Source of the DNA: an uncultured Legionellales bacterium
Lineage (GTDB): Bacteria > Pseudomonadota > Gammaproteobacteria > Eutrophobiales > Eutrophobiaceae
Length of the DNA: 64,000 nucleotides
Direction: 5' to 3'
Assembly: GCA_913046215.1 (NCBI GenBank)
Contig: CAJWRJ010000001.1
Location: 8,897 to 72,896 of the forward strand
Position numbers and translations under genes: made by a program. Shown here one piece after another: positions 1-9,195 of the stretch. Position 1 is the first letter of the stretch. Each line of letters starts with the position of its first letter. The notes under the pieces were generated by a model. It had not been told where the DNA came from. It did not search any database and saw only the letters and a program-made list of their open reading frames with translations.

Positions 1-1047
1 CCAGATCCCTTTTTTCCTGGGCGTTTAGTAATTGGTATTCTTCCTATGGAATTAATAAATAAAAAACATAATTTTGCAAGAGATCCAATCGGGAGTGGCC
101 CAATGAAAATATTACATTGGGCTAATGATGAAAACCTGAAGCTTCAACGCTTGAGTGACGGTAAAATAATTGAAATGATTACATTAAAAGATCCAGTAGT
201 AAGAGTTTTAAAATTATTGAAAGGCGACATAGATTTAATTCAAGGGAATTTACCCCCCGAAGTTATTGATTGGCTTAGTCGAAAGCAATTAGTTAATGTT
301 GAAAAAAAAATAGGAAATACTTTTACATACCTCGGATTCAATCTTGAAGATCCAATTACAAAAAATCTTTTAGTTCGAAAAGCCATCGCACACGCCATTG
401 ATAGAGAATCTATAATAAAATATGTTATGAAATCATCAGCTAGAAAAGCTGGTTCCCTGTTACCCCCTGAACATTGGGCAGGGCATTCTGCTTTAACGGG
501 AATTGAATATAATCCCGAAAAATCTAAAATGTTACTCAAGCAAGCTGGCTATGGCGATCCATCTTCTTTAAAGTTAGTATACAAAATTTCGAACGACCCT
601 TTTCGGCTTCGTCTTGCGACTATAATTCAACAGCAGTTGAAATCTGTGGGGATCAAAGTCGAAATTCGTAGTTATGATTGGGGTACATTTTATGGTGATA
701 TTAAAAATGGAAGGTTTCAGATGTATAGTTTGTCTTGGGTTGGATTAAAAATGCCAGATATTTTTTATTATATATTTCATAGCAAATCTATTCCCCCATA
801 TGGTGCAAATCGGGGACGATTTAATGACAGTGAAATTGATGTTATTCTAGAACTAGCCAAAACCGAAACTTCCTTGAGCAAACAGGCACTCCTCTACAAG
901 GACCTTCAGGAAAATTTAATAAAATCGTTACCATATATTCCTTTGTGGTATGAAGATAACGTTTTGATTTCTAAATTTGCGATAGAAGGTTATAAATTGA
1001 GAGCAGATGGTAATTTTGATTCACTAATGAGCATAAAAAATAATTAA
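1..1047 (+). CDS. ABC transporter substrate-binding protein, family 5 (DppA/OppA-like), 5'-truncated
   Basis: Frame is open from base 1 (PDPFFPGRLVIGILP...). Family-5 motifs GSGP, YLGFNLEDP, VRKAIAHAIDR, YNPEKSKMLL and LPYIPLW; upstream of DppB/C-like permeases. Confidence 0.9.
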   Translation, partial: PDPFFPGRLVIGILPMELINKKHNFARDPIGSGPMKILHWANDENLKLQRLSDGKIIEMITLKDPVVRVLKLLKGDIDLIQGNLPPEVIDWLSRKQLVNVEKKIGNTFTYLGFNLEDPITKNLLVRKAIAHAIDRESIIKYVMKSSARKAGSLLPPEHWAGHSALTGIEYNPEKSKMLLKQAGYGDPSSLKLVYKISNDPFRLRLATIIQQQLKSVGIKVEIRSYDWGTFYGDIKNGRFQMYSLSWVGLKMPDIFYYIFHSKSIPPYGANRGRFNDSEIDVILELAKTETSLSKQALLYKDLQENLIKSLPYIPLWYEDNVLISKFAIEGYKLRADGNFDSLMSIKNN

Positions 1048-1055
1048 TATCTTTT

Positions 1056-1535
1056 ATGCATATTGAAATATCAATATCAAATCAAGTATTAACTCTTTAT
1101 AAAAAGAAGAGCATTATCAAACGTTATTCTGTGTCGACTGCAAAAAAAGGGGCTGGGGAAATTATGAATAGTGAATGCACGCCAAGAGGTGAGCACGTTA
1201 TCGCTGAAAAAATCGGAGAAGGAGCCGAAGAAAATTCTGTTTTTGTTGGAAGAGTGCAAACTGATGAATCATATGATTTACAATTACGTAAATTACAACC
1301 TAATCGTGATTGGATACTCACTCGAATATTATGGTTAAAAGGTATAGAGGATGGCAAAAACAAAGGCTCTGGTTTAGATAGTTATGAGAGGTATATCTAT
1401 ATACATGGCTCTCCAGATGATGTTGAGATGGGTAAACCAGGCTCAAAAGGTTGCGTTAGAATGAAAAATAGTGATGTTATAGAGTTATTTGATTTAGTCG
1501 AAGTTGGAACTCGGGTAACCATTAGTGAGAAGTAA
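1056..1535 (+). CDS. YkuD (L,D-transpeptidase fold) protein without signal peptide; ElsL-like putative cytoplasmic L,D-carboxypeptidase
   Basis: YIYIHG...GSKGCVRM His/Cys catalytic motif, YSVSTA and CTPRG, RDWILTRILWL block; 159 aa single domain starting directly in a beta strand. Confidence 0.85.
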   Translation: MHIEISISNQVLTLYKKKSIIKRYSVSTAKKGAGEIMNSECTPRGEHVIAEKIGEGAEENSVFVGRVQTDESYDLQLRKLQPNRDWILTRILWLKGIEDGKNKGSGLDSYERYIYIHGSPDDVEMGKPGSKGCVRMKNSDVIELFDLVEVGTRVTISEK

Positions 1536-1557
1536 ATAGAAATTAATAAAAAAAATT

Positions 1558-2481
1558 GTGTATTTTAATTATTTAATTAAACGTTTACTAAGTGCTGTAT
1601 TTGTATTATTCAGTATTTTAACTTTTGTATTTTTTCTAATTCATATTATTCCAGGCGATCCAGTAGAGGTAATGCTAGGTGAGTCTGCAAGGATTGCTGA
1701 TAGGGATGCTTTGAGAGCATCTCTCGGTTTAGATCAACCAATTAATCAGCAATGGCTTACTTATATGAACGATTTTTTTCATTATGACCTTGGTAAATCA
1801 ATTTATTCTAATGAACATGTAACGCACCTACTATCAAAACATATTTTTGCTACATTTTTATTAAGTCTTGCAAGTCTGGTAGTTGCGCTATTAATTGCTG
1901 TACCAATTGGAATATATTCTGCGGTATACAAAGGATCGATTTTAGATAAATCAACAATTTTCTTAGCAACACTTGGTATTTCTATACCAAATTTTGTAAT
2001 GGGGCCGTTATTAATTTTGATTTTTTCTCTTTGGCTGGGATGGTTACCAGTAAGTGGTAACGATGGGTTAAGTTCATTAGTTTTGCCAGCATTAACATTA
2101 GGCTCTGCACTTGCAGCAATTCTATCTAGAATGATTCGTTCTTCAATGTTAGAAACAATGCAACAAGATTACATCCGTTCAGCACGTGCACGCGGTTTAT
2201 CTGAATTTAAAGTGTTAGTATTTCATGCTTTACGTAATGCAGCTTTACCTGTAGTTACTATTTTGGGCATGCAATTTGGAACACTTTTAGCTGGAGCAGT
2301 AATCACTGAGACAATATTTTCATGGCCAGGAATAGGCCAACTGATGATTGAATCAATACAAAAAAGAGATTATCCAATAGTTCAAGGATGCGTAATAATT
2401 ATTAGCTTTACCTATGTTTTAGTGAATCTTATAACTGACTTCATATGTATTTTACTTGATCCAAGAATAGATGCGAACTGA
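1558..2481 (+). CDS. Peptide/nickel ABC transporter permease (DppB/OppB-like)
   Basis: GTG start; PGDPV, LGLDQP, DLGKS; EAA loop DYIRSARARGL; ETIFSWPGIG, RDYPIVQG and LDPRI. Confidence 0.93.
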   Translation: MYFNYLIKRLLSAVFVLFSILTFVFFLIHIIPGDPVEVMLGESARIADRDALRASLGLDQPINQQWLTYMNDFFHYDLGKSIYSNEHVTHLLSKHIFATFLLSLASLVVALLIAVPIGIYSAVYKGSILDKSTIFLATLGISIPNFVMGPLLILIFSLWLGWLPVSGNDGLSSLVLPALTLGSALAAILSRMIRSSMLETMQQDYIRSARARGLSEFKVLVFHALRNAALPVVTILGMQFGTLLAGAVITETIFSWPGIGQLMIESIQKRDYPIVQGCVIIISFTYVLVNLITDFICILLDPRIDAN

Positions 2482-3281
2482 TGACTAAGAAATTAAATAT
2501 ATATTTTTTTGTCGTATTATTTTGGCTTTTTTGTGCGCTATTAGGAATACTTAATCCATTTCATGAAAATCAAATTGTATTAAATAAAATTTTACAGGAG
2601 CCATCATGGAATAATTGGTGTGGATACGATCATCTAGGTAGATCAATTTGTGAGAGAATTATTCTTGGCGCTAAAACGTCATTTAGTGTTGCAATTATTG
2701 TAGTTCTAATTTCTTTCATTGTAGGCACCACTTTAGGTGTAATTGGGGCATGGTTTGGCGGTATTTATGACAAAGTGCTCGTAATATTAATCGATATTTT
2801 TATTGCATTTCCTGGGATATTACTGGCAATTGCTTTAGCTGGACTGTTGGGACCAGGGCTCATAAATACGGTTATTGCTCTATCAATTGTTGGCTGGGTT
2901 GGATTTTCAAGATTAGCGAGAGTCCAGACATTAAGTATAAAAAATCGTGATCATATTGCTGCAGCACAAGCTCTTGGAACGATGGATTATCGCATTACCC
3001 TAAAGCATGTATTGCCATTAATCATGGCGCCATTGATAATTGAAGCCACATTTTCTGTCGCAGGAGTTATTATTGCTGAAGCTGGATTATCTTTTCTTGG
3101 TTTAGGCATACAACCACCTGTTGCTTCATGGGGGTCAATGATAAAGGATGGTAGTCAATATATGCTTGTTGCACCACACGCGGTCTTGATACCGAGTTTT
3201 GCTATTCTTTCGTTGGTGTTGTGCATAAATTTTTTAGGCGATCATATTAGAGATATGTTAGACATTACGGAATCAAAATGA
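2481..3281 (+). CDS. Peptide/nickel ABC transporter permease (DppC/OppC-like)
   Basis: GYDHLGR, AFPGILLA, EAA-like AAAQALG, HVLP, EAGLSFLGLG..PP.ASWG; start overlaps the dppB stop (TGATG). Confidence 0.93.
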   Translation: MTKKLNIYFFVVLFWLFCALLGILNPFHENQIVLNKILQEPSWNNWCGYDHLGRSICERIILGAKTSFSVAIIVVLISFIVGTTLGVIGAWFGGIYDKVLVILIDIFIAFPGILLAIALAGLLGPGLINTVIALSIVGWVGFSRLARVQTLSIKNRDHIAAAQALGTMDYRITLKHVLPLIMAPLIIEATFSVAGVIIAEAGLSFLGLGIQPPVASWGSMIKDGSQYMLVAPHAVLIPSFAILSLVLCINFLGDHIRDMLDITESK

Positions 3282-4315
3282 AAAACCTCAAAGTACAGCC
3301 GCTAGGACCAATTATGTGTGATCTTAACAGCACTGAGTTGGGTTTTGATGAAATCGAATTATTACAACATCCGCTTATAGGTGGCGTTATTCTCTTTTCT
3401 CGTAATTATGAATCACAAGAACAATTATCTGAATTAACACTAAAGATTCACCAATTACGTCGACCATCGCTATTGATAGCCGTTGATCATGAAGGTGGTA
3501 GAGTACAGCGTTTCAAAAATGGCTTTAGTCAATTACCAGCTTGTGGTTTGATAGGTAAGTGTGAACCGTTGGCAAAAGCCAAACAATTAGCTGAAAATAC
3601 TGGCTGGCTTATGGCAATTGAATTATTGTCTGTTGGAGTTGATTTTAGTTTTGCTCCAGTATTAGATATTGGAGGAGAGATAAGTGAAGTTATAGGGGAT
3701 CGTGCTTTTCACATTGAACCAGATAAAATCTCAAAATTAGCAAATTCTTATATGCTTGGTATGAGAAAAGCTGGCATGTCAGCTGTTGGCAAACATTTCC
3801 CAGGGCATGGCTCGGTTATAGAGGATTCGCATATTTCAATTCCACTAGATAATCGTCAATTTGATGATATTCTTTTACAAGATATCATTCCTTTTAAAGC
3901 TTTGATTGAAGCTGGAATTCCAGGACTAATGCCGGCACATATTACCTTCCCAGAAATTGACGACAGACCAGCTGGATTTTCCTCTATTTGGTTAAACGAA
4001 ATACTAAGAAAACAATTAAAATTTAAGGGGACAATTTTCAGTGATGATCTTAGTATGAAGGGGGCAGAGACTGTAGGCGATTACATTGAGAGAACCGCAC
4101 TTGCGCTTGAAGCTGGTTGTGACATGGTACTGGTATGTAATAACAGAGAAGGCGTTACCTATATATTAGATAACATGGGTAAAATAGACGATAACAAATC
4201 CAGAGAACATTTAGAAAATATGCGAGGTAACTTTAGTTTCACATATCTAGAACTTAAAACTAGAAAAATATGGCAAGAAAAATCGAATCAAATTAATAAT
4301 TTTTTACATAATTAG
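3278..4315 (+). CDS. nagZ: Beta-N-acetylhexosaminidase NagZ (GH3)
   Basis: GGVILFSRN, VDHEGGRVQR, FAPVLD, KHFPGHG...DSH, FSDDLSM; ATGA overlap with dppC. Confidence 0.96.
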   Translation: MKNLKVQPLGPIMCDLNSTELGFDEIELLQHPLIGGVILFSRNYESQEQLSELTLKIHQLRRPSLLIAVDHEGGRVQRFKNGFSQLPACGLIGKCEPLAKAKQLAENTGWLMAIELLSVGVDFSFAPVLDIGGEISEVIGDRAFHIEPDKISKLANSYMLGMRKAGMSAVGKHFPGHGSVIEDSHISIPLDNRQFDDILLQDIIPFKALIEAGIPGLMPAHITFPEIDDRPAGFSSIWLNEILRKQLKFKGTIFSDDLSMKGAETVGDYIERTALALEAGCDMVLVCNNREGVTYILDNMGKIDDNKSREHLENMRGNFSFTYLELKTRKIWQEKSNQINNFLHN

Positions 4316-4360
4316 AATTAGCTAAAATTCTTTGAATAATTTTAAATTAGGAATATATAA

Positions 4361-5461
4361 ATGAATTTTTTGGAAATGATACAGATTGATAATGCATATT
4401 TAGGTAGAGAAGCATGGATAATGGAAGTATTTATTATCGTGTTGATTACAGGTTTCATAAATTGGGTTCAAAAAAAATTACACAACAGAATAATTTCAAA
4501 GTTAGAGAAAACAAGAACTTTTTGGGATGATGCTTTTTTTGAAGCTACGAAAAAACCAGTTTCATTTTTAATTTGGATATCAGGTATAGCGTTTGCAGCA
4601 TATATAGTTGGTAAGAATACAGATTCGGTATTATCTATTGCTGTGTCGCCTATGTATCAAACTGGTATTCTTTTTACCGTTTGTTGGTTTTTAATAAGGT
4701 TTATAAAACTTGTTGAAAAAAATATGATCACACATAAACGATTATCTGGTGATGATATTGATGAGACTACTGTTGATGCGGTTGCTAAACTATTACGAAT
4801 ATCAGTTATTATTACAGGCGTTTTGGTAGCGTTACAGTCTTTAGGTTACAGTATTTCAGGAGTTTTGGCATTTGGCGGTGTTGGAGGAATAGCAGTAGGT
4901 TTTGCTGCCCGCGATCTATTAGCTAATTTTTTTGGAGGCTTAATGATATATATGGATCGTCCTTTTAACGTTGGCGAATGGATACGTTCACCTGATAAGG
5001 AAATCGAAGGAACAGTTGAAAAAATTGGATGGAGATTAACGACAATAAGAACATTCGATAAACGTCCATTATATGTCCCAAACTCTTTATTTAATAATAT
5101 TTCTGTCGAGAATCCATCAAGAATGTCAAACAGAAGAATTAAAGAGACCATTGGTATTCGTTATGATGATCTATCTAAAATGAAAAAAATTATTGATGAT
5201 GTAAAAAAAATGTTGAAAGAACATCCAGAGATCGATAAGAATAAAACTTTAATTGTAAATTTTAACGAATTTGCTCCTTCTTCTTTAGATTTCTTCGTGT
5301 ATACATTTACAAAAACAACAGATTGGGTGCATTACCATGAAATAAAACAAGAAATAATGTTAAGTATAATTAATATAATCGAATCTAATGGTGCAGAATG
5401 TGCATTTCCAACATCAACTTTACATATTTCTTCTGGTACTGATGCATCAAATGCTCAGTAA
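4361..5461 (+). CDS. Small-conductance mechanosensitive channel (MscS/YnaI family)
   Basis: N-terminal TM helices; GGVGGIAVGFAARDLLANFFGG, DRPF.VGEWI, EGTVEKIGWR, VPNS, AFPT. Confidence 0.93.
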   Translation: MNFLEMIQIDNAYLGREAWIMEVFIIVLITGFINWVQKKLHNRIISKLEKTRTFWDDAFFEATKKPVSFLIWISGIAFAAYIVGKNTDSVLSIAVSPMYQTGILFTVCWFLIRFIKLVEKNMITHKRLSGDDIDETTVDAVAKLLRISVIITGVLVALQSLGYSISGVLAFGGVGGIAVGFAARDLLANFFGGLMIYMDRPFNVGEWIRSPDKEIEGTVEKIGWRLTTIRTFDKRPLYVPNSLFNNISVENPSRMSNRRIKETIGIRYDDLSKMKKIIDDVKKMLKEHPEIDKNKTLIVNFNEFAPSSLDFFVYTFTKTTDWVHYHEIKQEIMLSIINIIESNGAECAFPTSTLHISSGTDASNAQ

Positions 5462-5483
5462 TTAAAATATTCTATAATAATTT

Positions 5484-6314
5484 ATGCTATGTAAATTTAA
5501 AAAAATGCAAGGAATTGGAAATGATTTTGTTTTGATAGATTCGTTTTCTGAACCTTTAATATTAACTACCGAGCAAATCAAGTATATTGCAAATCGAAAT
5601 TTTGGAGTTGGTTGCGATCAAGTCTTGTTGCTAGAACCACCAAAGGATGATGAATCTGATGTTTATTATAGAATTTTCAATTCAGATGGCAGCGAAGTAA
5701 GTCAATGTGGTAACGGTGCTCGCTGCTCAGCCATATATCTTTATGACAAAGGTTTGGTAAAAAAGCAAAAGATGATAGCAGAGACTAAGAGTGGAAAGCT
5801 TGTCTTAAAAATAAATAAAGATAATTCTGTAACAGTAAATATGGGAATTCCAAAATTTGAACCGAAGGATATCCCTATAAATTATGAGAAAAAAATGAAA
5901 AATTATTCACTAAGATTAAATAGTGAGAATATTGAGTTTGGAGCTGTTTCTATTGGAAATCCACACGCTATAATTTTTGTAGATGATATTGAATTAACAT
6001 CGATTGAAAAAATAGCAATTAAAATACAACAAGATAAAATTTTCCCTGAAGGGGTAAACGTTAGTTTTGTACAAATATTGGATCGAAAAAAAATCAAACT
6101 TCGTGTATTCGAGCGCGGAGTTGGCGAAACACTTTCCTGTGGTAGTGGCGCATGTGCGTCAGTTGTTGTAGCAAGTCAAAGGGGAGGTCTTGAAGAGAAT
6201 GTTGAAGCTGAATTACGCGGAGGTGTTTTAAAGTTAAGCTGGGCGGGTGAGGGCAAACCAATTTTTATGAATGGCCCTGTATCTACAGTATATGATGGTG
6301 AAATTGAATTATGA
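5484..6314 (+). CDS. dapF: Diaminopimelate epimerase
   Basis: KMQGIGNDF, GVGCDQ, QCGNGARC, GNPH, ERGVGETLSCGSG. Confidence 0.97.
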   Translation: MLCKFKKMQGIGNDFVLIDSFSEPLILTTEQIKYIANRNFGVGCDQVLLLEPPKDDESDVYYRIFNSDGSEVSQCGNGARCSAIYLYDKGLVKKQKMIAETKSGKLVLKINKDNSVTVNMGIPKFEPKDIPINYEKKMKNYSLRLNSENIEFGAVSIGNPHAIIFVDDIELTSIEKIAIKIQQDKIFPEGVNVSFVQILDRKKIKLRVFERGVGETLSCGSGACASVVVASQRGGLEENVEAELRGGVLKLSWAGEGKPIFMNGPVSTVYDGEIEL

Positions 6315-7018
6315 GTTTAAAGAAGAAAGAAAACCAAGCTGTTGAGAGCCTCTCTGAAATTTCAGTTGTCAATTACCTAAGAAAAAAACGTGATTTTTTT
6401 GAAAAAAATTACGAAATACTATCTGAGTTGAAAATCCCACACGAGAGTGGCACAGCTGTTTCACTTATTGAAAAACAGTTGTTTTTGCTTCGTGAAGAAA
6501 ATCAAAAAATCAATAAACAAATGTGTGAACTAATAGAAATTGCAAGGCAGAATAATGAACTAGCTCTACGAATGCATCAACTAATACTAACTTTAATGGG
6601 CGACAACAATCCTAGTGAAACATTCAGCCTGATGTATGAAAGTCTAAAGAAAAATTTTCATGCTGATAAAGCTGTAATTAGATTATTTATAAATCCTGGT
6701 AGCATCTATATTTCTACCATAGATGAATTTATCAGAAATGATTCAGATGAAAAATTTTTATTTAATGATGTATTAAAGAAAAAAGTTCCAATGATTAATG
6801 CAATAGATGATGAGCAGCAAGTTTTTCTTTTTGGTAAGCATGGCGATAGTATTAAGTCATCCGTCTCGGTTCCATTGCATGGTGCTAATTGGGAGGGAAT
6901 ATTGGCTATTGGAAGTTTTGATTGTGAGCATTTTCAGCCAAATATGGGAATTGAATTACTTTGTAATTTTGGGGAAATATTGAGCTTAATAATAAAACCT
7001 TGGTTTGAAGAAACATAA
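6311..7018 (+). CDS. DUF484 (YigA-like) protein
   Basis: Position between dapF and xerC; L.IPH.SG.AVSLIEKQ...LR, GS.D..HF.P.MG. Confidence 0.88.
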   Translation: MSLKKKENQAVESLSEISVVNYLRKKRDFFEKNYEILSELKIPHESGTAVSLIEKQLFLLREENQKINKQMCELIEIARQNNELALRMHQLILTLMGDNNPSETFSLMYESLKKNFHADKAVIRLFINPGSIYISTIDEFIRNDSDEKFLFNDVLKKKVPMINAIDDEQQVFLFGKHGDSIKSSVSVPLHGANWEGILAIGSFDCEHFQPNMGIELLCNFGEILSLIIKPWFEET

Positions 7019-7020
7019 TA

Positions 7021-7935
7021 ATGTCTATTCAGTTATTAGATAATCAGTTACTTGAGTCTTTTATAGACACCTTGCATCACTTATCTATTCATACTCGAAG
7101 TGCATATGTAAGGGATCTAAAGCATTTACAAAAATTTTGTATAAAAGAACATATAATGAAATGGTCTGATTTAAAAAGTCAACAACTAAGAAATTTTATT
7201 GCATATAGACATCGAAATGGTATTTCAGGACGCTCACTACAGCGAAATTTGTCATCTGTAAGAGCTTTCTATCGTTATTTATTAAAGGAAAATAAAATCA
7301 CTTCTAATCCTGCTGAAGGTATTATAACTCCTAAAATAATTCGAAAATTACCAAAACTGTTAGATGTAGATCAAACCCATCAACTTTTAGATATTAAAAA
7401 GGATGACATTTTATCAATACGTGATATAGCGATTATTGAGTTGATCTATTCGTCAGGCTTACGTTTATCGGAAGCAATAGGTTTAGATATTGACGATATA
7501 GATTTTTCAGATAAAGTTTTAACAGTGATAGGAAAAGGAAAAAAAACACGCAATATTCCTATAGGAAAATATGCAATTGAAGCAGTTAGTAAATGGCTAA
7601 AATATAGAGATAAAATCGTAAATGTTGAAGAAAAAGCCCTTTTTGTAAGTAACAGAGGAAAACGAATTAGTTCAAGATCAATACAGGAGCGTATTAAAAA
7701 GTGGTCAAAAAAGCAGGGTTTACCTACCCATGTTTATCCTCATATGTTAAGACATTCATTTGCAAGTCATTTATTAGAGTCTAGTGGAGATTTAAGAGCT
7801 ATTCAGGAATTTTTAGGGCATGCAGATATTAGTACTACTCAGATATACACACACTTAGATTTTCAGCATTTAGCTAAAGTCTATGATAAAACTCACCCAA
7901 GAGCACGACGTATTCACCGTAAAAAAACAAATTAA
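7021..7935 (+). CDS. xerC: Tyrosine recombinase XerC
   Basis: YSSGLRLSE, GKGKKTR, HMLRHSFASH, LGHADISTTQIYTHLDFQHL...YD..HPRA; dapF-yigA-xerC synteny. Confidence 0.95.
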   Translation: MSIQLLDNQLLESFIDTLHHLSIHTRSAYVRDLKHLQKFCIKEHIMKWSDLKSQQLRNFIAYRHRNGISGRSLQRNLSSVRAFYRYLLKENKITSNPAEGIITPKIIRKLPKLLDVDQTHQLLDIKKDDILSIRDIAIIELIYSSGLRLSEAIGLDIDDIDFSDKVLTVIGKGKKTRNIPIGKYAIEAVSKWLKYRDKIVNVEEKALFVSNRGKRISSRSIQERIKKWSKKQGLPTHVYPHMLRHSFASHLLESSGDLRAIQEFLGHADISTTQIYTHLDFQHLAKVYDKTHPRARRIHRKKTN

Positions 7936-8070
7936 TATTAAAATAATTTTCTAAAACGCGAAAAAAGCTTAAATATATAATTAAGTTCATGCGAAATAAT
8001 TGTATATTGAAAAAAATTATGTACCATAAATGAAAAATACCTAAAAAAGTATTACTCGTTATAGGGAAAT

Positions 8071-8421
8071 ATGGCAAAAAATAATTTATATCCGAAAGAA
8101 ATATCGTTACACAAACAATCTAGAATTCTTGAAATAATTTATGATGATGGGGAGTGTTTCAAGTTGACATGTGAATATCTACGTGTTTTTTCACCATCAG
8201 CAGAGGTTAGGGGGCATGGTCCAGGACAAGAAGTATTACAGTTTGGAAAAGAAAATGTAAATATTAACAAGATAGAGCAAGTTGGTAATTATGCAATTCG
8301 ACTGATATTTGATGATGGCCATGAAACAGGTCTGTATTCTTGGGACTATTTGTATGAATTAGGAAGTACTCAAAAAGATAAATGGAATAGTTATATAGCG
8401 GCACTAAAAGAATTAGGATAG
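8071..8421 (+). CDS. DUF971 (gamma-butyrobetaine hydroxylase N-terminal-like) protein
   Basis: EYLRVFSPSAEVRGHG, VGNYA..L.FDDGH.TGLYSWDYL; usual position upstream of ubiE. Confidence 0.9.
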   Translation: MAKNNLYPKEISLHKQSRILEIIYDDGECFKLTCEYLRVFSPSAEVRGHGPGQEVLQFGKENVNINKIEQVGNYAIRLIFDDGHETGLYSWDYLYELGSTQKDKWNSYIAALKELG

Positions 8422-8434
8422 CAACGTAAAGAAT

Positions 8435-9181
8435 ATGATTAGAAAAAAAACCAATTTTGGTTATGAAACTGTATCTCCAGAAGAAAAAACTGAGCGTGTA
8501 GAAAAAGTATTCAGTTCAGTTGCCAGCGAATATAATCTTATGAATGATATCATGTCATTCGGTATTCATAGATTATGGAAAAAGTTTGCTGTTAATTCAT
8601 GTGGAATCAAAAAGAACTCACGAGTATTAGATCTAGCCGGAGGCACGGCAGATATTACGAAGCTTGTCCATAGTAGGCTAAGTCAAGATGGGCATGTAAC
8701 ATTGTGCGATATAAATGAGAATATGTTGAACTATGGGAGAGACTGTTTAATTAATAGCGGTATAATCAATAATGTAGATTTTGTAAGGTCAAATGCTGAA
8801 AATTTGCCTTTTAGGGATAACACCTTTGATTTTATGATAATTGCTTTTGGTCTTAGAAATATCACAAATAAAGAAACAGCGTTATATTCAATGTATAAAA
8901 AACTTAAATTTGGCTCCAAATTAGTTATTTTGGAGTTTTCAAAAGTTACGGTACCAATAGTGGATAAGTTTTATAAAAAATATTCATTTAGATTTATACC
9001 TATGCTTGGAGAATTAATAGCAAAAGATAAGAATAGTTATAAGTATTTAGTTGAATCTATTCAAGTTCATCCAGATCAAGAAGAAATATCTTCGATGATG
9101 AAAAAAGCTGGATTTAGAAAAATTAAATATACTAATCTTTCATTTGGAATAGCAGCTGTTCACGTAGGCTACAAGATTTAA
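8435..9181 (+). CDS. ubiE: Ubiquinone/menaquinone C-methyltransferase UbiE
   Basis: YNLMNDIMSFGIHRLWK, LDLAGGT, AFGLRN, LEFS, YLVESI. Confidence 0.96.
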   Translation: MIRKKTNFGYETVSPEEKTERVEKVFSSVASEYNLMNDIMSFGIHRLWKKFAVNSCGIKKNSRVLDLAGGTADITKLVHSRLSQDGHVTLCDINENMLNYGRDCLINSGIINNVDFVRSNAENLPFRDNTFDFMIIAFGLRNITNKETALYSMYKKLKFGSKLVILEFSKVTVPIVDKFYKKYSFRFIPMLGELIAKDKNSYKYLVESIQVHPDQEEISSMMKKAGFRKIKYTNLSFGIAAVHVGYKI

Positions 9182-9195
9182 TTCAATATATAAAA

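Noticed and set aside
7021-7935. Tyrosine recombinase as a possible phage or integron integrase
   Set aside because: It has the XerC C-terminal signature and dapF-yigA-xerC synteny; no att sites or cargo genes.
8007-8030. Possible relic sigma32 promoter (TTGAAA...CCATAA) left from hslVU
   Set aside because: Spacer is about 9 nt, too short, and the -10 match is poor in very AT-rich DNA.
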